Assembly (NCBI GenBank): GCA_038877255.1
Contig: JAVYWZ010000003.1
Coordinates: forward strand, 1 to 47,003
Length of the DNA: 47,003 nt
Source of the DNA: Candidatus Micrarchaeaceae archaeon
GTDB lineage: Archaea; Micrarchaeota; Micrarchaeia; Micrarchaeales; CABMGC01
Reading direction: 5' to 3'
The notes under the pieces are model-generated. The model was given only the letters and a program-made list of their open reading frames with translations. It searched no databases and was not told the DNA's origin. Of this stretch, positions 45,274 through 47,003 are shown piece by piece (position 1 is the first letter of the stretch; each line of letters begins with the position of its first letter). A program made the translations under genes and the position numbers.

Positions 45274-45289
45274 AATTCAAGATGACAAA

Positions 45290-46318
45290 ATGCAAATGAA
45301 CAAGAGTCGCGAAAAAGGCGCAAAGGAGCCAAGGATAATAGTGAAGCCGATAGGCAGGTTCGGCGGCTTAGATGGAATACACCTTGCTTTGATAATAGTA
45401 ATTATGCTGCTTATTGCGCTTCTGCTAGTTGTATCATATTCGAAGCCAGTGATAATCAAGCAGGCGAATAACACCACTATAGCAAAGCCTATTCACAACA
45501 GCACAGAAGTGTTGGAGCAGGTGCAAAAATTGCTTGCAAGCTATAGCACTGCAAATAGCTCACTCTCACTATTGCCTTATATAACAGAAGTTCAGAACGC
45601 AAGTGCAACGTATGTTCCAAGCGCAAAGGAATGGCTTGTTAAGGTGCCTGCAGAAAACCCTTCAACAGGCATCGCGTTTAGTCTTAGCTTTTTAGTAAAC
45701 GACACAAACATTTCAAACGTTTTGCCACTGATACAGACCGCAATGCCATCAGTAATAGGCAACAACAGCGTTGTTTATCAGGGAGTCATAAAGCTTTACA
45801 ACAAATACCAATGCAGCACTCAGAAGCCCCTGCAGCTTTACTGGTTCATTGACCCATATGCGCCTGGCTCTGTCAGGAGCCTGCTAAACGCAACCGCTCT
45901 TGGTTCTGAGTTTGGCAAGAACATAAGCATAGACATAAAGATTTTCAGCACACAGGCGACGCAAGCTATTGCCAAGACATACGGCATTGCAAACGCGCAG
46001 CTGCTCGGGAAATTCATTTTCTGCGCATCAAACCAGAGCGGCTTTGCTGCCTTTGTCAGCAATCTTAACAGCGAATACACAGGCTCATTCATGAGCCTGA
46101 GCGAACTAAGCAACATAGCCAATGAATCTGGATTAAATTACGCTCCGTTGATGCAGTGCGTGAACAGCTCGCAAGCTATAATAAATAATCAGGCTCTGCT
46201 TGCTCAGTATTACAATATAACACAGACACCAAGCACAGTGGTGGACTGCGAGTATATGACAATTCCAGAAACCGCACGCAACGCGATATGCTACGCAAAC
46301 AGCACTATTTGCAGGTAA
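45290..46318 (+). CDS. Membrane-anchored secreted protein with a DsbA-like thioredoxin fold lacking CxxC
   Basis: Single N-terminal TM segment and many N-glycosylation sequons. LYWFIDPYAPGS sits at the CxxC position, YNITQTPSTVV matches the cis-Pro loop, and CASNQ..F and CVNS are DsbA-like helical insert elements. Confidence 0.6.
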   Translation: MQMNKSREKGAKEPRIIVKPIGRFGGLDGIHLALIIVIMLLIALLLVVSYSKPVIIKQANNTTIAKPIHNSTEVLEQVQKLLASYSTANSSLSLLPYITEVQNASATYVPSAKEWLVKVPAENPSTGIAFSLSFLVNDTNISNVLPLIQTAMPSVIGNNSVVYQGVIKLYNKYQCSTQKPLQLYWFIDPYAPGSVRSLLNATALGSEFGKNISIDIKIFSTQATQAIAKTYGIANAQLLGKFIFCASNQSGFAAFVSNLNSEYTGSFMSLSELSNIANESGLNYAPLMQCVNSSQAIINNQALLAQYYNITQTPSTVVDCEYMTIPETARNAICYANSTICR

Positions 46319-46322
46319 AAGC

Positions 46323-46802
46323 ATGCATCTGATAGTGGGAGTAGATGGAGGCAAAACAGCAGCAATAGCGTTCTTGGACCTTAACGGCGAGCTAGAAGGG
46401 CTTTATACTGGGCGTTTTGTCAGTCTCAGCTGGTTTGTTGATAAAATAAAACAGGCAGGCGTGCCCGTAATAATCGCAAGCGACAAGAAAAAGCCAGAGC
46501 GTGTGGCAAAAAGGCTTGCCGCAATATTCTCCGCGGAGCTCTTTACTCCAAATTCCGACATTAGCACTGAAAAGAAGTCAGAGCTTGCCGGAAAAACTGG
46601 AAATCTGCATGAGCGGGATGCGCTTGCCGCAGCGCGCGCAGCTTACAATGCGCATGCAAACAAGCTTAAGCAGATTGACAAGTTTGCAAATATGCACGGT
46701 GCAGACGCCGATAAGCTTAAGTCCCTTGTAATTGCTAGGCGCTATTCAATGCATGAAGCAGCTACAGGCAGCCGGTCTGGCAGGTCAAAGCGCCTAATGT
46801 AA
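46323..46802 (+). CDS. DUF460-family RNase H-fold protein
   Basis: LIVGVDGGKTAAIAFLDLNG, GVPVIIASD and NLHERDALAAA motifs. Confidence 0.85.
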   Translation: MHLIVGVDGGKTAAIAFLDLNGELEGLYTGRFVSLSWFVDKIKQAGVPVIIASDKKKPERVAKRLAAIFSAELFTPNSDISTEKKSELAGKTGNLHERDALAAARAAYNAHANKLKQIDKFANMHGADADKLKSLVIARRYSMHEAATGSRSGRSKRLM

Positions 46803-47003
46803 ACTAATTCTGTAACAGAATGGGCCATCGAGACGAGCATCATATGGAACACAGTTCCATCAACACGTATGTCATCTGACCCAGAGTCGGTTTACAGCAA
46901 CTCCGCTATTGGAAATTTGGTCTCTTGCGAGAACGCTCCAAAAGGGATTTTGCATTACCTATTGCACTTTAGGATTTTACGTTGGTCAGCGCTTGAGCAT
47001 GGG

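Noticed and set aside
756-46731. Numerous short antisense or overlapping ORFs in the six-frame track
   Set aside because: They lie within well-supported genes in other frames and show no recognisable motifs.
46803-47003. Near-palindrome ATTCTGT-A-ACAGAAT (46807-46821) and following ORF-free sequence as an IS end
   Set aside because: It is cut by the window edge, with no partner end or transposase remnant visible, so it cannot be supported.

Overview
Archaeal chromosomal window, most consistent with a DPANN archaeon of the Micrarchaeota type. This placement is an inference from PolD DP1/DP2, archaeal ribosomal proteins, a tRNA with a T-loop intron, a KAQSAMEY pilin and compact gene packing. 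Core content: priS, a priL-priX fusion, polD, class II RNR, the L3-L29-SUI1 ribosomal block, L15e, L34e-cmk-L14e, pth2, pcc1, two aminotransferases, Hsp20, PDO, an 11-subunit complex I-like set (nuoABCDHIJKLN plus a displaced nuoM, no nuoEFG in the window) and three tRNAs (Tyr with intron, Asp, Arg with a non-canonical T-loop intron). The most notable unexplained structures are: (1) two IS200/IS605 tnpB-derived omegaRNA-like relics whose terminal 3 nt are the stop codons of rpl15e and nuoM; (2) a locus with TCAACA repeat arrays, a TATA box, a candidate kissing-loop RNA, a wHTH gene and a perfect 24-bp palindrome; (3) a polytopic-membrane, tandem AAA+ ATPase; (4) a motor-dead UvrD-like/RecB-nuclease protein plus an orphan gene beside tRNA-Asp; (5) an amber-interrupted Q/N/T-rich, possibly viral gene fragment. 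No CRISPR array or rRNA was seen. All family calls come from motif recognition, not database searches.
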